DNA of 20,000 nucleotides from Perkinsus olseni (Eukaryota): NCBI GenBank assembly GCA_013115125.1, contig JABANN010000111.1, positions 50,172 to 70,171 of the forward strand, read 5' to 3'. Shown piece by piece: positions 1 to 10,455 of this stretch (position 1 is its first letter; each line of letters starts with the position of its first letter). The notes under the pieces were generated by a model. It saw only the letters and a program-made list of their open reading frames with translations, ran no database searches and was not told where the DNA came from. The position numbers and the translations under genes were made by a program.

Positions 1-56
1 CCCCAAGCTATACGATACCTCGATAAACCACGTCAGCCAATCTACAGTATGTCTGA

Positions 57-78
57 ATAGAAGGCTTCTATTAGAAGC
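57..78. repeat. 22-bp 7+8+7 double-palindrome scar
   Basis: atagaag-gcttctat-tagaagc (8-mer atagaagc). Confidence 0.9.
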
Positions 79-210
79 TACGAACGAAATCGATCTAGCG
101 AAACTTAGCCTGAAGCATTTATCCTTCACTACACAATTGTGCACTATTCTGCAATGTCGACCGAAACCGCACTTTACACCGTCACAGGTTGAGCAAGACT
201 AGCGTTATGG

Positions 211-232
211 TGACTCGGCGAGTCAGACTCGC
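211..232. repeat. 22-bp 7+8+7 scar
   Basis: tgactcg-gcgagtca-gactcgc. Confidence 0.9.
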
Positions 233-842
233 CGATACCGATGAAATCGGAGAGGAGACTGTGAAGTGTTGAACGACTGCGTCAATCTTCCTCAGCAAGT
301 TCCTTAGTCATCAGCTTATGCTCGAAGACTCGCGAAAGCTCCTACGTTGGCGCTCTGAAATACGTCTGTGCATCCTTACCCCGTGTCCGAACGCTGCCAG
401 CAACTTCTAACTCGGGTTCTCACGAGACCCCTAGTCGACAATGTGGGCCCTCTACCGGGCGAACTAAACTCCACCTCGCCCCTCCTCCATTGCGGTGACG
501 TGACGTGGCTCGTGTCTGAAGGCAATTACTTAGGATAAAGCCGATAGGCTCGAAATGACAAGCTGTTTCGACGGAATTAGTGCGAGCGGTTCGTCTGGAG
601 GTATGGGCGAAGTCGCATACCGTCGGTAGAGCCGGGCGTGTGGGGAGATTCTACACAAAGATGCAGCAGCGGGACATAATGTCCCGGGCATTGGCTGAAC
701 AGCTAGTGCTAGTATGAGACCCTGTTTCTTCTTGCGGGTTCTTGAGTTGATTTGACTCATATACATTCGGGGGAAGACGGCTGCGTCTCTGCGGAGACGC
801 GTGGGTCGCGCCGTCGGTTATCCCTTCCCGTTTCATCCACCC

Positions 843-864
843 TCCCTAAATTAGGGACCCTAAT
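843..864. repeat. 22-bp 7+8+7 scar
   Basis: tccctaa-attaggga-ccctaat. Confidence 0.9.
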
Positions 865-1218
865 CCCTGCAAAACTGAGTGTGGGTGAGCCCGTCACCAT
901 CCAAAGGGTGGACGGGTTGGACGTTTCTTGTGCCGTTACCATTGCGTCGCCATGGTAACAGCACCTCGCCACGATGGTGAGGTGTTTGGGTCGAATACTC
1001 GGCGGTTATGAGCCTGCAAGTCCGTGGTAACCACGGCGTGGTTGCTCGGGTTTCGGCTGTGCCGGTTTCGGGATACCTTCTCACGGAACTGCGCTCCCCT
1101 CAGGTTCCGCCACAAGTACGCCCCACTCCCCCTCCCCACACTCAGAGGTTTCACCCGCGCGTAGAACGTTATTGTGCCTTTTTGTACTGTTTTTTCTTTG
1201 AGTAATCCCTTGGTTTTG

Positions 1219-1240
1219 GAGTCTAGTAGACTCAGTCTAC
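1219..1240. repeat. 22-bp 7+8+7 scar
   Basis: gagtcta-gtagactc-agtctac. Confidence 0.9.
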
Positions 1241-1577
1241 AGATGCGATGACTGTGTGATCGATGCTTCGGTAGTTATCCTACTACAGTCATGTTCTGGT
1301 CTGTTACAGATCGTTCAACTAACGTCCGGTTGGGGTCGATAACAGGCAGCGATTACGAAACCCCAGCGATAACCTGACCGTGAAGCTATGACTTACGCGA
1401 CACTCGCCGGGCACCTCTGAAAAGACAATGGAGGAAAAATACGAGTCGGGCGAAGTCGGTTGACGGCTACGACAGCTGGAGGAGATTGATATTCCCTGCG
1501 GCAGCAGCAGCAGCAGAGCCATGACGGCTCGAGTTATTCAAGTGAAGCTTTTCATCGTATCATCTGCCATGATACTA

Positions 1578-2027
1578 TCAATTTCTATTATAAGTGTCGA
1601 CCTTACCGCCGGTCTTGGGCACGGTCAGGACACTATAATCTGTCCTGATGCGCATGCCAGTGAGAAGAGTTTTGTCATAGCTGCCATGAGAATCACGGAT
1701 GAGAGGTAGACAACCGTTGTTGAGAGTAATCTCAATCAACCTTCCACCCTGCTTCGCAGTGTAACCACAGGCATACGATGGATGGGGCAGGCTTTGGGGT
1801 GATGCGCGGTAGAAGGCAACAGTGCCGCCCAAGGTCTTGTCAAAATGTACGCCTATAACCGGAGTATTATCTCTGTTGTAGTAGCCTTCGTCGAATGGGT
1901 AGAGTCTCCTTCCAGTAGTATTTGAGGGGACCCTCTGCGGAGTATCGATACTACCGGTAGCAACACCACCCACGAGGGTGATGATGAGCAGCAGCAGCAG
2001 CAGCACCGCAGTGCGAATGAACAGCAT
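1578..2027 (-). CDS. small secreted protein of unknown function (149 aa), paralogue A
   Basis: Intact ATG-TGA ORF with a hydrophobic signal peptide, RRL, G-Y-Y and two Cys; second intact copy at 15191-15649 with about 15 differences in 450 nt. Confidence 0.85.
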   Translation of the reverse strand: MLFIRTAVLLLLLLIITLVGGVATGSIDTPQRVPSNTTGRRLYPFDEGYYNRDNTPVIGVHFDKTLGGTVAFYRASPQSLPHPSYACGYTAKQGGRLIEITLNNGCLPLIRDSHGSYDKTLLTGMRIRTDYSVLTVPKTGGKVDTYNRN

Positions 2028-2427
2028 TTTGACAACAAGAAATCCTTATCCACGATATTGACTATACGTCCAGACTGGAAGCTATTCAATCTGGTTAGTA
2101 AGCATGGATCACACTTGCCTTAGGCAAGTTGCATACACTAGTCAGTGATAGTCAATTCTCGTTAACACGAGTACTTGTGAAAAGAAGACCTCGAAGGCCT
2201 CGCGGGGTCGTTCCACTAATATGGAAGTGTGAGGCGGTTGATGTGCAACTCGACACTTGTAGCCGATCATCGGCTGGCGATGTGAGGCAAAAGAAAGAAC
2301 GATCTCAGGAGTTTGGCTCTTCATCCGCTACATCAAAATCGAACGCATCGCGTGTGCGCAGTGCGAGTCTCGCACGCAAGAGCTTGTGTGCCACCTCGGT
2401 GCGCCAATAACGGCTGAACGATACGGT

Positions 2428-2449
2428 CACCCTTTAAGGGTGACCCTTA
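2428..2449. repeat. 22-bp 7+8+7 scar
   Basis: caccctt-taagggtg-accctta. Confidence 0.9.
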
Positions 2450-2643
2450 CCGGGTGAACCTCCAAGAAAGACGGCAACAAACGGTGACGAAATAGGACGT
2501 ATAGGTTACAATTCCTCAATAACGCACCTGATTCCGTGAAGAAAAGGACATTAATCGAGAGGGCGTCAGGGGACAATGATGCAAAGTCTGCCGCACGGTT
2601 TTCCGCCTCTTGTCCGCATTGCAGTCTGGGATCTGTCGTAATC

Positions 2644-2665
2644 TTCGTACAGTACGAATCGTACT
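2644..2665. repeat. 22-bp 7+8+7 scar
   Basis: ttcgtac-agtacgaa-tcgtact. Confidence 0.9.
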
Positions 2666-2936
2666 CGTACGTGGAACACGAGGCCAAGGGAAGCTTGTGA
2701 GAGGGATCTTGAAATATAGCTCATGCCCTGACTACTTTGCAGGCATAAACATAGAGGGAGCTAACATGTTGCCCATTATCCGACATGATGCAGAGCAGGC
2801 AGTGCATGACCGAGTGGCGCGCCAATGCCGTTGGCCCAGCGCCGCCAACATCTAGGCGAAAGCTTCCTTTCCGCTAGTTGTCCGCTGTGAGAGATCCTTC
2901 AGTCTAACACGGCTCTCTCAGTAAGCACACTAGTCA

Positions 2937-2958
2937 GACTCTGTCAGAGTCACTCTGA
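2937..2958. repeat. 22-bp 7+8+7 scar
   Basis: gactctg-tcagagtc-actctga. Confidence 0.9.
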
Positions 2959-3009
2959 CCGTCAGAAGCTTGTCAAGTCTTCCTAATGAATGATGACTGT
3001 CCGTGAATG

Positions 3010-3031
3010 ATATAGCGGCTATATTATAGCC
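3010..3031. repeat. 22-bp 7+8+7 scar
   Basis: atatagc-ggctatat-tatagcc; empty paralogous site at 19306-19313. Confidence 0.92.
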
Positions 3032-3574
3032 CCGCTGCCGAAGTATTCCGGATCGATACTCCGTTTGAGCACGTCTGAGCATTGGATAGTAGTGGATACG
3101 CGGAGGTATGTGCAGCTTTAGATACTAAAAGGCGATATTAACCAGAAACAAGAAAATTGAGTGCGACCAGGGCTTCAGCTAGGAGTATAAATGTACGCCT
3201 TAAGACGTATGAATTCCCGATCTCTCAAATCCGAGGCGTGCGGGATGTAACGTTCTGATGGGCGTATCATCGTACGCCTCTGAGCGTACAAGTTACCCTT
3301 GCCGCACTAGATCAAACTTCCGCTGCGAAACTCTCGCAGCGTCTCGGACAATTGGTTCCTTTAAGAATCTTTCCTACGTTTCCGTATGGCGACCATGGCG
3401 AAATTGAAGAATTCGAAATCTCGGACTGAATCCGTTCTGCTGAGCTCAGCGCTTTCCGAAGTTCGGAGTCCGAACCAATTGTTCTGCTCTTCTGCTGGTG
3501 AAGAACGAAGCACTGCAGGCGGATGCTGCAGGAGCTGTACGAGCGGCAGACTGCCGTCGGCGGCCCCACGCAAG

Positions 3575-3735
3575 GTGAAAGGGAATGCAATCTCATCGGA
3601 GTGGCCGAAGCCTAAGGAAACATCGTGCTTCCTCAGAAGAATAAATTTCAGAGGGTGGGCGCAAACTATCATCCGGGTGCTGAGAGGAAAACCGTCAATT
3701 GCGAGCGAGAATCCAAATCCCAATGGGAGAAGTTA
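3575..3735 (-). pseudogene. tRNA(His) guanylyltransferase (Thg1-like) pseudogene fragment
   Basis: Across frameshifts it reads LLP..IWILAR-IDG-F, then DVSLGFGHSDEIAFPF, matching the Thg1 motifs LLPxxWIVVRIDGxxF and DIVLAYGQSDEYSFVF; intervening and downstream sequence is decayed. Confidence 0.55.
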
Positions 3736-4205
3736 TCTAGATTGAAGCTGCTAATGGCAGCCTGTTACCGGGTGTCAACTGTTGTACGGGTGCAGAGTAA
3801 TCACTGCAGAGTAAAATTAAAGGTTTGTCGCTTGCCTGCCTGAGGGTGGCGAGAATCGTCTCTTAAAATTGGAAAATCTCTGAAGAACATGATCTATCCT
3901 CTTAGCACGCAGAGTGCATGACAAATGCGGCGTCCTGCTTGTTCCGACATCATAGTACTAGAAAGAGGTGATGGCCACATGACTAGGCTAGTCCAGAAAC
4001 CGGTGCAACCCTTACTGCTGGGTATCATTTGGGCGGATTTCCGATTTCCAGTGGGAGCGAGAGATTCGCTCGACCCACTTGTGATCTGGATAGCTCTCAA
4101 TGTTCCGTTGTCGCCGACTCTCCTCGCTGCGGCTGAGCAGCAAGGGTTCACTGTGGCGCGGGGAGCCCGAACCAGTTCCGGCGATTCGCCTCGACCCGGG
4201 TGTCC

Positions 4206-4227
4206 ACTACGAATCGTAGTCTACGAT
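4206..4227. repeat. 22-bp 7+8+7 scar
   Basis: actacga-atcgtagt-ctacgat. Confidence 0.9.
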
Positions 4228-4904
4228 TTTGTATCCACGAAACGTACGAAACTAACACATTTCAAACTGGACCGACACCCAACACGACACAGTGAAATTA
4301 TGCATGGGAAAACCTTCAGCCCGTACGCCAGGAGCGTGGGGGAAGTTTTCCGATTGATTGTGAATGATCTCATTCGGACGCACGGGCCTGGGCTTGGCAT
4401 CCGAGGCCAACAGAGACAGCCAATACAAGCTCCGTAGCGCAGGCCGTGGACACGATGTCGAGAAATGGTGGAGGTGTGGTAGGAGCTCGCGGCGAGCAGA
4501 GGGAGCCTAAGAGACCAGGGCGGTGTGGGTGGGTGCGAAAAACGAATGTTGGTTGAGAACTACAGCCGTCTACACTATCCTGCGGCAACGAGGGAGTAAT
4601 GAAACGGCGAGAAAGATGTGGGGGCGCGCTCCCGTGGCATGCTAGTCACTTCGTGTGCGAACACACGCCGAGATGTAATCATACCATTTACAAAATTCTT
4701 CGGCGGAGAGTTGAGCTCGTGCCAGCGTCGCTGGCCCAGCGAAAACGAGTCCGATGAGTTTCTGAATCGGTACGTCTTCATCACATATATGAGATGCTTT
4801 CAGTTTTACCAAGTGCGTCGTTCGTCTGCGGAAGTGTCAACTCGCAGTGTCGAGTCGAAGATCTCGTCAGCAGATTTCCCAAGCCGACAACTTCTCATCA
4901 TCAC

Positions 4905-5290
4905 CCGGTTTCACTGTCTCGAACAATCCACCCCATTCCCCAGCTCAACAACCCCGACGGTTGAAGCTGGTGGACGGAGAAGTCGGATGGTTCGCGAGTG
5001 GTGGCTGCCAGCCACTGGATGGTACTCGCTACCGATCCGAGGTGATTATGTGATACGCCAGCAGGTCTGTCTTAAGTGGCCTCCGAAGCTCGGGCCTGGC
5101 GCGTGGCTGCGATTACCCGATGCGCCTTGTCTCCAATGCTCATACGCTTCCGACAATCGGCAGGTTCTCAGTGGGACCACCGGGTGTACCCCAGGCGGGT
5201 GGGAGATGCCGCTGTTGAGTGCCGAATTCCCCCCTCGACGGGCACCCCGCGCCTCAGCCCAGGCTGACATGACGACTCTGTTTCCGAGTA
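4905..5290. repeat. dispersed repeat, copy 1 (probable retroelement remnant)
   Basis: Aligns with 15740-16083 (tcactgtctcgaacaatcca ... gatccgaggtgat ... ctgtttccgagt). Confidence 0.8.
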
Positions 5291-5292
5291 AC

Positions 5293-5480
5293 GGAGGTGT
5301 CCTGGCACCGGTCTGTTTTGCGGCAGTCACCTGGCGCATGGGATATCGGCTCCAGGCGCTCACTGGCCCATACAGGATACGGGTTGCCATCTACGCTGAT
5401 GACATTTGCGCCAAAACGTACGACATTCTTTCCGATACGACTAGAATGAATTCAGCGATTCATGTGATGGGTAAATATGG
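5293..5480 (+). pseudogene. non-LTR reverse transcriptase fragment
   Basis: GGVLAPVCF (QGxxLSPxLF-like) followed by AIYADDI (YADD at 5392-5403) at the 3' end of ORF 4618-5523. Confidence 0.65.
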
Positions 5481-5498
5481 AGCTTCGTCACGTAGACT

Positions 5499-5520
5499 AC
5501 GTGAGTCTCACGTCGTGAGA
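5499..5520. repeat. 22-bp 7+8+7 scar
   Basis: acgtgag-tctcacgt-cgtgaga. Confidence 0.9.
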
Positions 5521-5729
5521 TAGCGGTACCCCCACCAACAGTAGATCATGAGATGCGATGCACCCACACGTTCTCCCCAAAGTCCTCTCCACTCCGATGT
5601 CACCAATTCACTTTGAGCCCCGTCACAGATAGCTACAGTCAAGGACACTAGGTCAGTGTGGCACACTGTATTGGGTTATAGTAGAGTACACTACTGCGAA
5701 TTTAGGCGCTCAAAGAATAAATGTGGGTT

Positions 5730-5751
5730 GACCTCGTCGAGGTCACCTCGA
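5730..5751. repeat. 22-bp 7+8+7 scar
   Basis: gacctcg-tcgaggtc-acctcga. Confidence 0.9.
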
Positions 5752-6367
5752 GATTCATTAAACTCAGCAGCAATGGAGCAAATTATCAGTGTAGTGCGGC
5801 GGAGGGGCCATCCAGTTGAGTCATGAGGCCTAGGTAACGAGAGCAACAGCGCCGCTCAACAACGCCGGCTAACACAGCAGTGAGGGGTCAGGGTCGTAGT
5901 TTATATGTGACCAACTGATATCCCTATAACGGTGAGCGAGAATATCCGGAATGCCACATCTTGTCTAGCTCAGCGCTGTCCCCGTCCGCCAACGAGCTAG
6001 CTCCCGCACAGAGTGGCCATGAAAATCTCTAACATCGAGCACCTTGTGAACCTACCGAACGCAAGATTCCGTTCGGGAGTGGGATTCCCACTGTGGGAAG
6101 CTTTCACATAAGGCTCGAGTTGGAGCCTGCTGAGGAGGCAGCATTCGCGTCCTCGGTCCAGTTCAAGCTGGTCTTTCCATGCAGTAGAGGGACAGAGGGG
6201 AGACAACACGAACGAGTCAGCACGCGATATCTCGGCCCGATGCCGCCTCTGTCGATACGCAGTTGGGATGCTAGGGGCATCAGTCGCCATGTCCTAGTAC
6301 ACGCTACTTTCTAGGACACGGCGACTTGCCGTCGGCGAGTGAAGTAGGCGTGAATGAAGGAGGATCG

Positions 6368-6428
6368 GATAATCCGATATACTTCTCGAAGAGAGTCTCC
6401 ACTTCTTGAAGAAGTATATCGGATTATC
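6368..6428. repeat. long inverted repeat (19-bp perfect arms)
   Basis: gataatccgatatacttct (6368-6386) and agaagtatatcggattatc (6410-6428). Confidence 0.85.
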
Positions 6429-6511
6429 TCCACTGGAGAGTGCCTGGTCATGGTAACCAGTTGGTAACCTCGTTCCTGTGCAAATTTCAGTTAATAAAAT
6501 CACACGGCTGA

Positions 6512-6901
6512 ATGCGCACCCTCTTCGGCGCCATTGTTCTCCTCGTTGCTCACGCCATACTCCAGGCTGGGCCACCATCAGGCAGCTACTGTGGGTCCCC
6601 GGATATACCATCTAAGGGTAAGGGTACAGTCAAGATAAGTGTTGGAAGTGGAACAGCCTTCGACATCTCGGCTTCGTGGACTCCCACTGGTGGTACAGAA
6701 AAGAGCGGCAGTGAGGCCGGTGTTCCCTACAAGTACGACGCTTCGACCGGAGACGTTACGGTCACCGACACCAGCAAGCTGCAGGACCTGATCACCCAAG
6801 TCGGTGCCCCTTTGAAGGCTTCTGACCTCGCCAAGCTCCACTATGACGGCAAGGACCTCCACGTCGTGAATCTGCTCGACTTCGCTCTGACACCATGTTA
6901 A
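6512..6901 (+). CDS. small secreted protein of unknown function (129 aa)
   Basis: Intact ATG-TAA ORF, signal peptide, PPSGSYCGS start of the mature region, C-terminal Cys, coding-like third-position GC bias, no scars. Confidence 0.88.
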   Translation: MRTLFGAIVLLVAHAILQAGPPSGSYCGSPDIPSKGKGTVKISVGSGTAFDISASWTPTGGTEKSGSEAGVPYKYDASTGDVTVTDTSKLQDLITQVGAPLKASDLAKLHYDGKDLHVVNLLDFALTPC

Positions 6902-6989
6902 TTGTCTGGGGGCGACCCTCAATGTCCGGCCATATCTTCTTGATCATATATCGTTCGGGCTCGCGGTCGGTATGAGCGGTCAACTACTG

Positions 6990-7850
6990 CAGAAGAATCG
7001 GCCCTCTAGCGCGATCTCCCCCAAGTAGCAGCTTTTGGCCTCCTTGTACACTCTGCCGACGGCGCAGGCCGCCCAATGTCTTTGGCGAAACCTTCTCCAT
7101 AATCACCGTTTGTTGATCATTCCCATTCCCGCTATGACGTTGTTTATACTTATCTTTCAGAAGCCGTGATGTTGATGGACCTGATACCACAATCTAGGTT
7201 GTGACGTTCGTCTCAATGGGCCAAGTCTTTTTCATCGAATTGAGTTGATGTTCGCCTTGTCAATAGCCTGGCCGAGAAAACTGATCTCCGAAGTCGTCTG
7301 CCCAGCGTTTTGTGAGGAACATATGAGCTTAGGTCAGTCAGGAGATCGAAAGAGAAAGAACTTGAGCGACATCAACTGTCCCGCACGGGACAATCCGCAA
7401 TCGGCGATAAACCTACAGGGCAATCGCCGATTGCTTTGTGCTGAAATAAAATTGTATAAAAATGGCCGCTCGATCGTATGATGAAACATCTACTGCTGCT
7501 ACTGCCGGGATGCCAGGGGTCATTGCCATCAACGAATCGTCCTTTTTCAACTCTCTCCTCCCCGGGGTCGCTTTCAATCGATAAATCCTTAGGGCTAGGC
7601 CTGGTAGATTTTAGCTTCATTAGGAGTCCTGTTGGGTAGGCACATCACCTACAATCATCACTTCAACGCTCACCTCTACGGAGTGACGGACGAGCGTCTC
7701 TGCGTTGGTGACATCGGGATGCCCAAGTGTGAGGAGGTCGATTGGGATACTGGTGTTTGCTCTGGGCCAGGCGTCCCCGAGGGCTATCCCGAAATCGTAA
7801 GTTGAAGAGCATAACAGGGGCGGCCCCTGAGGGGCCGGTTTGATTCTCAC
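6990..7850 (-). mobile_element. possible highly decayed Ty3/Gypsy pol remnant
   Basis: SEISFLGQAID (about 7290-7258) resembles the RT motif VxFLGHxI; downstream SRLLKD...NDQQTVIMEKV...QKLLLGGD resembles the RT-RNase H connection; many stops and frameshifts. Confidence 0.3.
7815..7836. repeat. 22-bp 7+8+7 scar
   Basis: caggggc-ggcccctg-aggggcc. Confidence 0.9.
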
Positions 7851-7879
7851 CAGGTGCTGTGCTTGGATGGGTTGCAGTA

Positions 7880-7896
7880 CTCTCTCTCTCTCTCTC
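7880..7896. repeat. (CT)n microsatellite
   Basis: ctctctctctctctctc. Confidence 0.9.
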
Positions 7897-8151
7897 GCTC
7901 ACGGCCGCTGTTCGGCCAGGTGACTCTGCAGAGCCTCGGAGGATTCGACAGAGTTCATAAGGTCAACAATGGAAGTATAAAGAGGCTGACCAGGCCTTGA
8001 TAAGGAATGTGACGGCCAGTAGGCCTTAGTCTGCAAACGATACATAGTACAAGACAATCAGTGTTATTGTCGGACCAGAGTAAAAATGTCTTCATTATTC
8101 GATAATACAACAGTAGATAATAGTACAATGTTTTTTCTTTTTTCTTTTTTT

Positions 8152-9560
8152 TTACAACAACTTCCTCCGGCCGCGGAGAGGCGGTACATCACAGGCCAGT
8201 CGAATCCGACGCTCCCATACTGTCCGGTTTTTAGCATCACTGCCTCTCAGGCCTACATCATTCATATCTTGTTTCACCAGTTCGATCCATGTCTGTCGGG
8301 GCCTGCCGGCTCTTCTGGAACTGCTTGAGTGAATGCGCGGGTTCCAGTTCAAGAGTCTGTTGACGATGTGGTCATCACGTGCTCTCAATAGGTGACCATG
8401 TCATCTCAATCTCCTCGCGCGTAATACGTCTTCGCGTGCAGGCGAACGTGTCCTCACATAGAGCTCACGTGATGATAGCCTAGTCATTGGAGCCACGCCC
8501 AGGACTCGCCTCAGACATATATGGTAAAACGTTCTGTACATCTGTTCCTCTTCCTTATTGATCGCTAGTGCTTCCGAACCATGGAATAGTGAAGCAAATA
8601 CCACAGATCTCATGATTATTATCTTTCCATCCAGTCCGATATCATGGGACTTCCATATGTCCCGGAGTTTGTGTAGGGCTGCACGTGCTGTACGAATTCT
8701 GTCTTTTACCGCTCCTCCGTATCCGGGCGCATCTGTTATCAAGACTCCCAACTGCCCAAACTTCTTAACCACATCGACTCGTCCATGGGATGTCGGTTGC
8801 TCGCAGTTAATTAGGAGCCTCTTAGTTTCACAGCCGGTGCTCCCAATACCAAGTGTAAGGTTGGCAGGCTGACCTTCAATCTCAAGAGCCCTGAGCACTT
8901 TTTCGCTGTCTTCGATACTTTCTGATGGAGCTGTGACGTCATCTGCAAAGCATATACATCCAATTGGTTCCTGTAATATGGCGGACTTGCTGCGGATCGA
9001 GTATATCGGCGGTGGTGGTAGTCTTCCTTAGTAAGTCGAAATCCATGACCAGCAGATATGATGCTACGGCGAAGGACTTCGTCTAATGATGTTACGAGGA
9101 TGATTGGGCTCCATACATCTCCCTGCTTGACCCCGGAAGAGAGCTTCACTTCACATTTTTCGCCGCCAAGTGTGAGACAGGCAACTGCTTCGTTATAGCT
9201 CTGCTCTATTATCCTCAAGTATTTGGGGTGTAGGTCGGCTGCTTGCAGGCATTTCATCATATATTATATATGGCGATCTAGCTTGTCAAAAGCTCGTTGC
9301 CAGTCAGGTACCAATAGGCAAAGTGGCCTTCCGTGTGCCAGGCAACCATCACGTAGAATGTTTGTTGCGTGGACGACTTCTGTAGTGGATTGGGATTTCC
9401 GGAAACCGCACTGTGAGTGATGTAGCCGCGAATCTAGGTGCTCACTTATGCGTTCTAAGACCACCGCTGAGTACACTTTTGCCGCCGATACCTGTGCCAT
9501 GACTGTCTTATATGAGCCCACCTCATTTGGGGGTTTGCCAGCCTTCTTGATGAGCGTCAC
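8152..9560 (-). pseudogene. RTE-type reverse transcriptase and C-terminal domain, disrupted
   Basis: Four ORF pieces (9264-9560, 8811-9260, 8401-8898, 8152-8388) carry consecutive RT motifs; in-frame stops at 9264-9266 and 8401-8403, frameshifts near FADD. Confidence 0.92.
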
Positions 9561-10433
9561 TTTGCTCCTTAGCCATTCTCTTGCGTCCTTGTCACTGTGA
9601 GAGACAGTAACGTTTTCTGCCGAGTAGAGTTTCTGGATGTAGGTGGCAAAATCCTTTGCTCTGAGGTGCTCCGGTATAGCAGTTTTACATCCTTTGACGT
9701 CTAGCTCCCGACGTAGTATGGTCCATATCGATCGTTGGTAATACAGTGATGAGTTTTTGATGTCACCAACGGCCTTCCGGAAGGCAGTCTGCCTTAGGCA
9801 GATCGCCGTTCCTGTCTCACTCTTGCTCTTGAGGGTCTTACACCTGGCTTCAAGTTGTTGCTTCGTTCTCGGTAGCCTGCGTTGCTCCGGCTCGAGTGAC
9901 TGCTGTTTTGCAAGCTACCGTCAGACACTGTTCCAGCATGGTGACGCTTCCAGTGAAATTGGTCGATTCAGCCGCTATCACTCTCGAGGTACTGGGACAA
10001 GGTGCCCGTCCATACGAGCGTAGATCCCCTACGGCTCCTGAAGTTCTGCTCCGCCCGCAAGCTTCTTCCTGTTGTGGCCACATCCTCAGGAGTCGGGAAG
10101 CAAGGGACCGATCCTTTGCCGGCCGTCAAGAACATCAACTTTCGAAGCGCAGGGTGAGTCGGTGGAATCGGCTGTCTCGTGCAAATGACTCGTGGATTGC
10201 TCTCGGGTGTTTGCGAGTTTATAGTCCAACGCTTACGGTTTCGGCTTAGTCAAACTCTTGCCGGCGTGCTCAGTTAGGGACTCTCTGCAACGTTGATATG
10301 GACTGAAATCAAGCGGTGGTCAGATTTTTGCTATAGCCGATCTCAGCACAGCTGACATTTCGAGAGCCTCTCGAATGCTTTGTGTGACGAAGTTCGTGAC
10401 GAGAGAGTTCGGATTGGCTTTGCTCATCCGATG

Positions 10434-10455
10434 ACCTCCTCAGGAGGTCCTCCTG
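10434..10455. repeat. 22-bp 7+8+7 scar
   Basis: acctcct-caggaggt-cctcctg. Confidence 0.9.

Larger units (their letters stand above)
1..1499 (-). mobile_element. 5' part of a decayed RTE-like LINE (leader plus start of the AP-endonuclease region), running off the left edge
   Basis: Collinear nucleotide similarity to the LINE at 8131-11940: about 189-250 to 10785-10835, 320-388 to 10905-10963, 388-595 to 11285-11430, agtaatccctt at 1201 and 11474, and 1325-1499 to 11675-11940. Confidence 0.65.
2767..3120. repeat. dispersed repeat, copy 1 (decayed, family unidentified)
   Basis: Aligns by eye with 19026-19455 (e.g. ccgttggcccagcgc, taggcgaaagctt, tgagagatcct, cacgtctgagcat, tggatacgcggag). Confidence 0.8.

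Noticed and set aside
3688-3723. FSLAIDG as the first catalytic Asp motif of a hAT transposase
   Set aside because: No further hAT motifs (CxxH, RW, ERxFS); the neighbouring motifs fit Thg1 better. No transposase was recognised in the window.
3925-4437. 170-aa ORF as a gene
   Set aside because: No recognisable motifs, and it contains a +14 scar (4206-4227), implying non-coding or decayed sequence.
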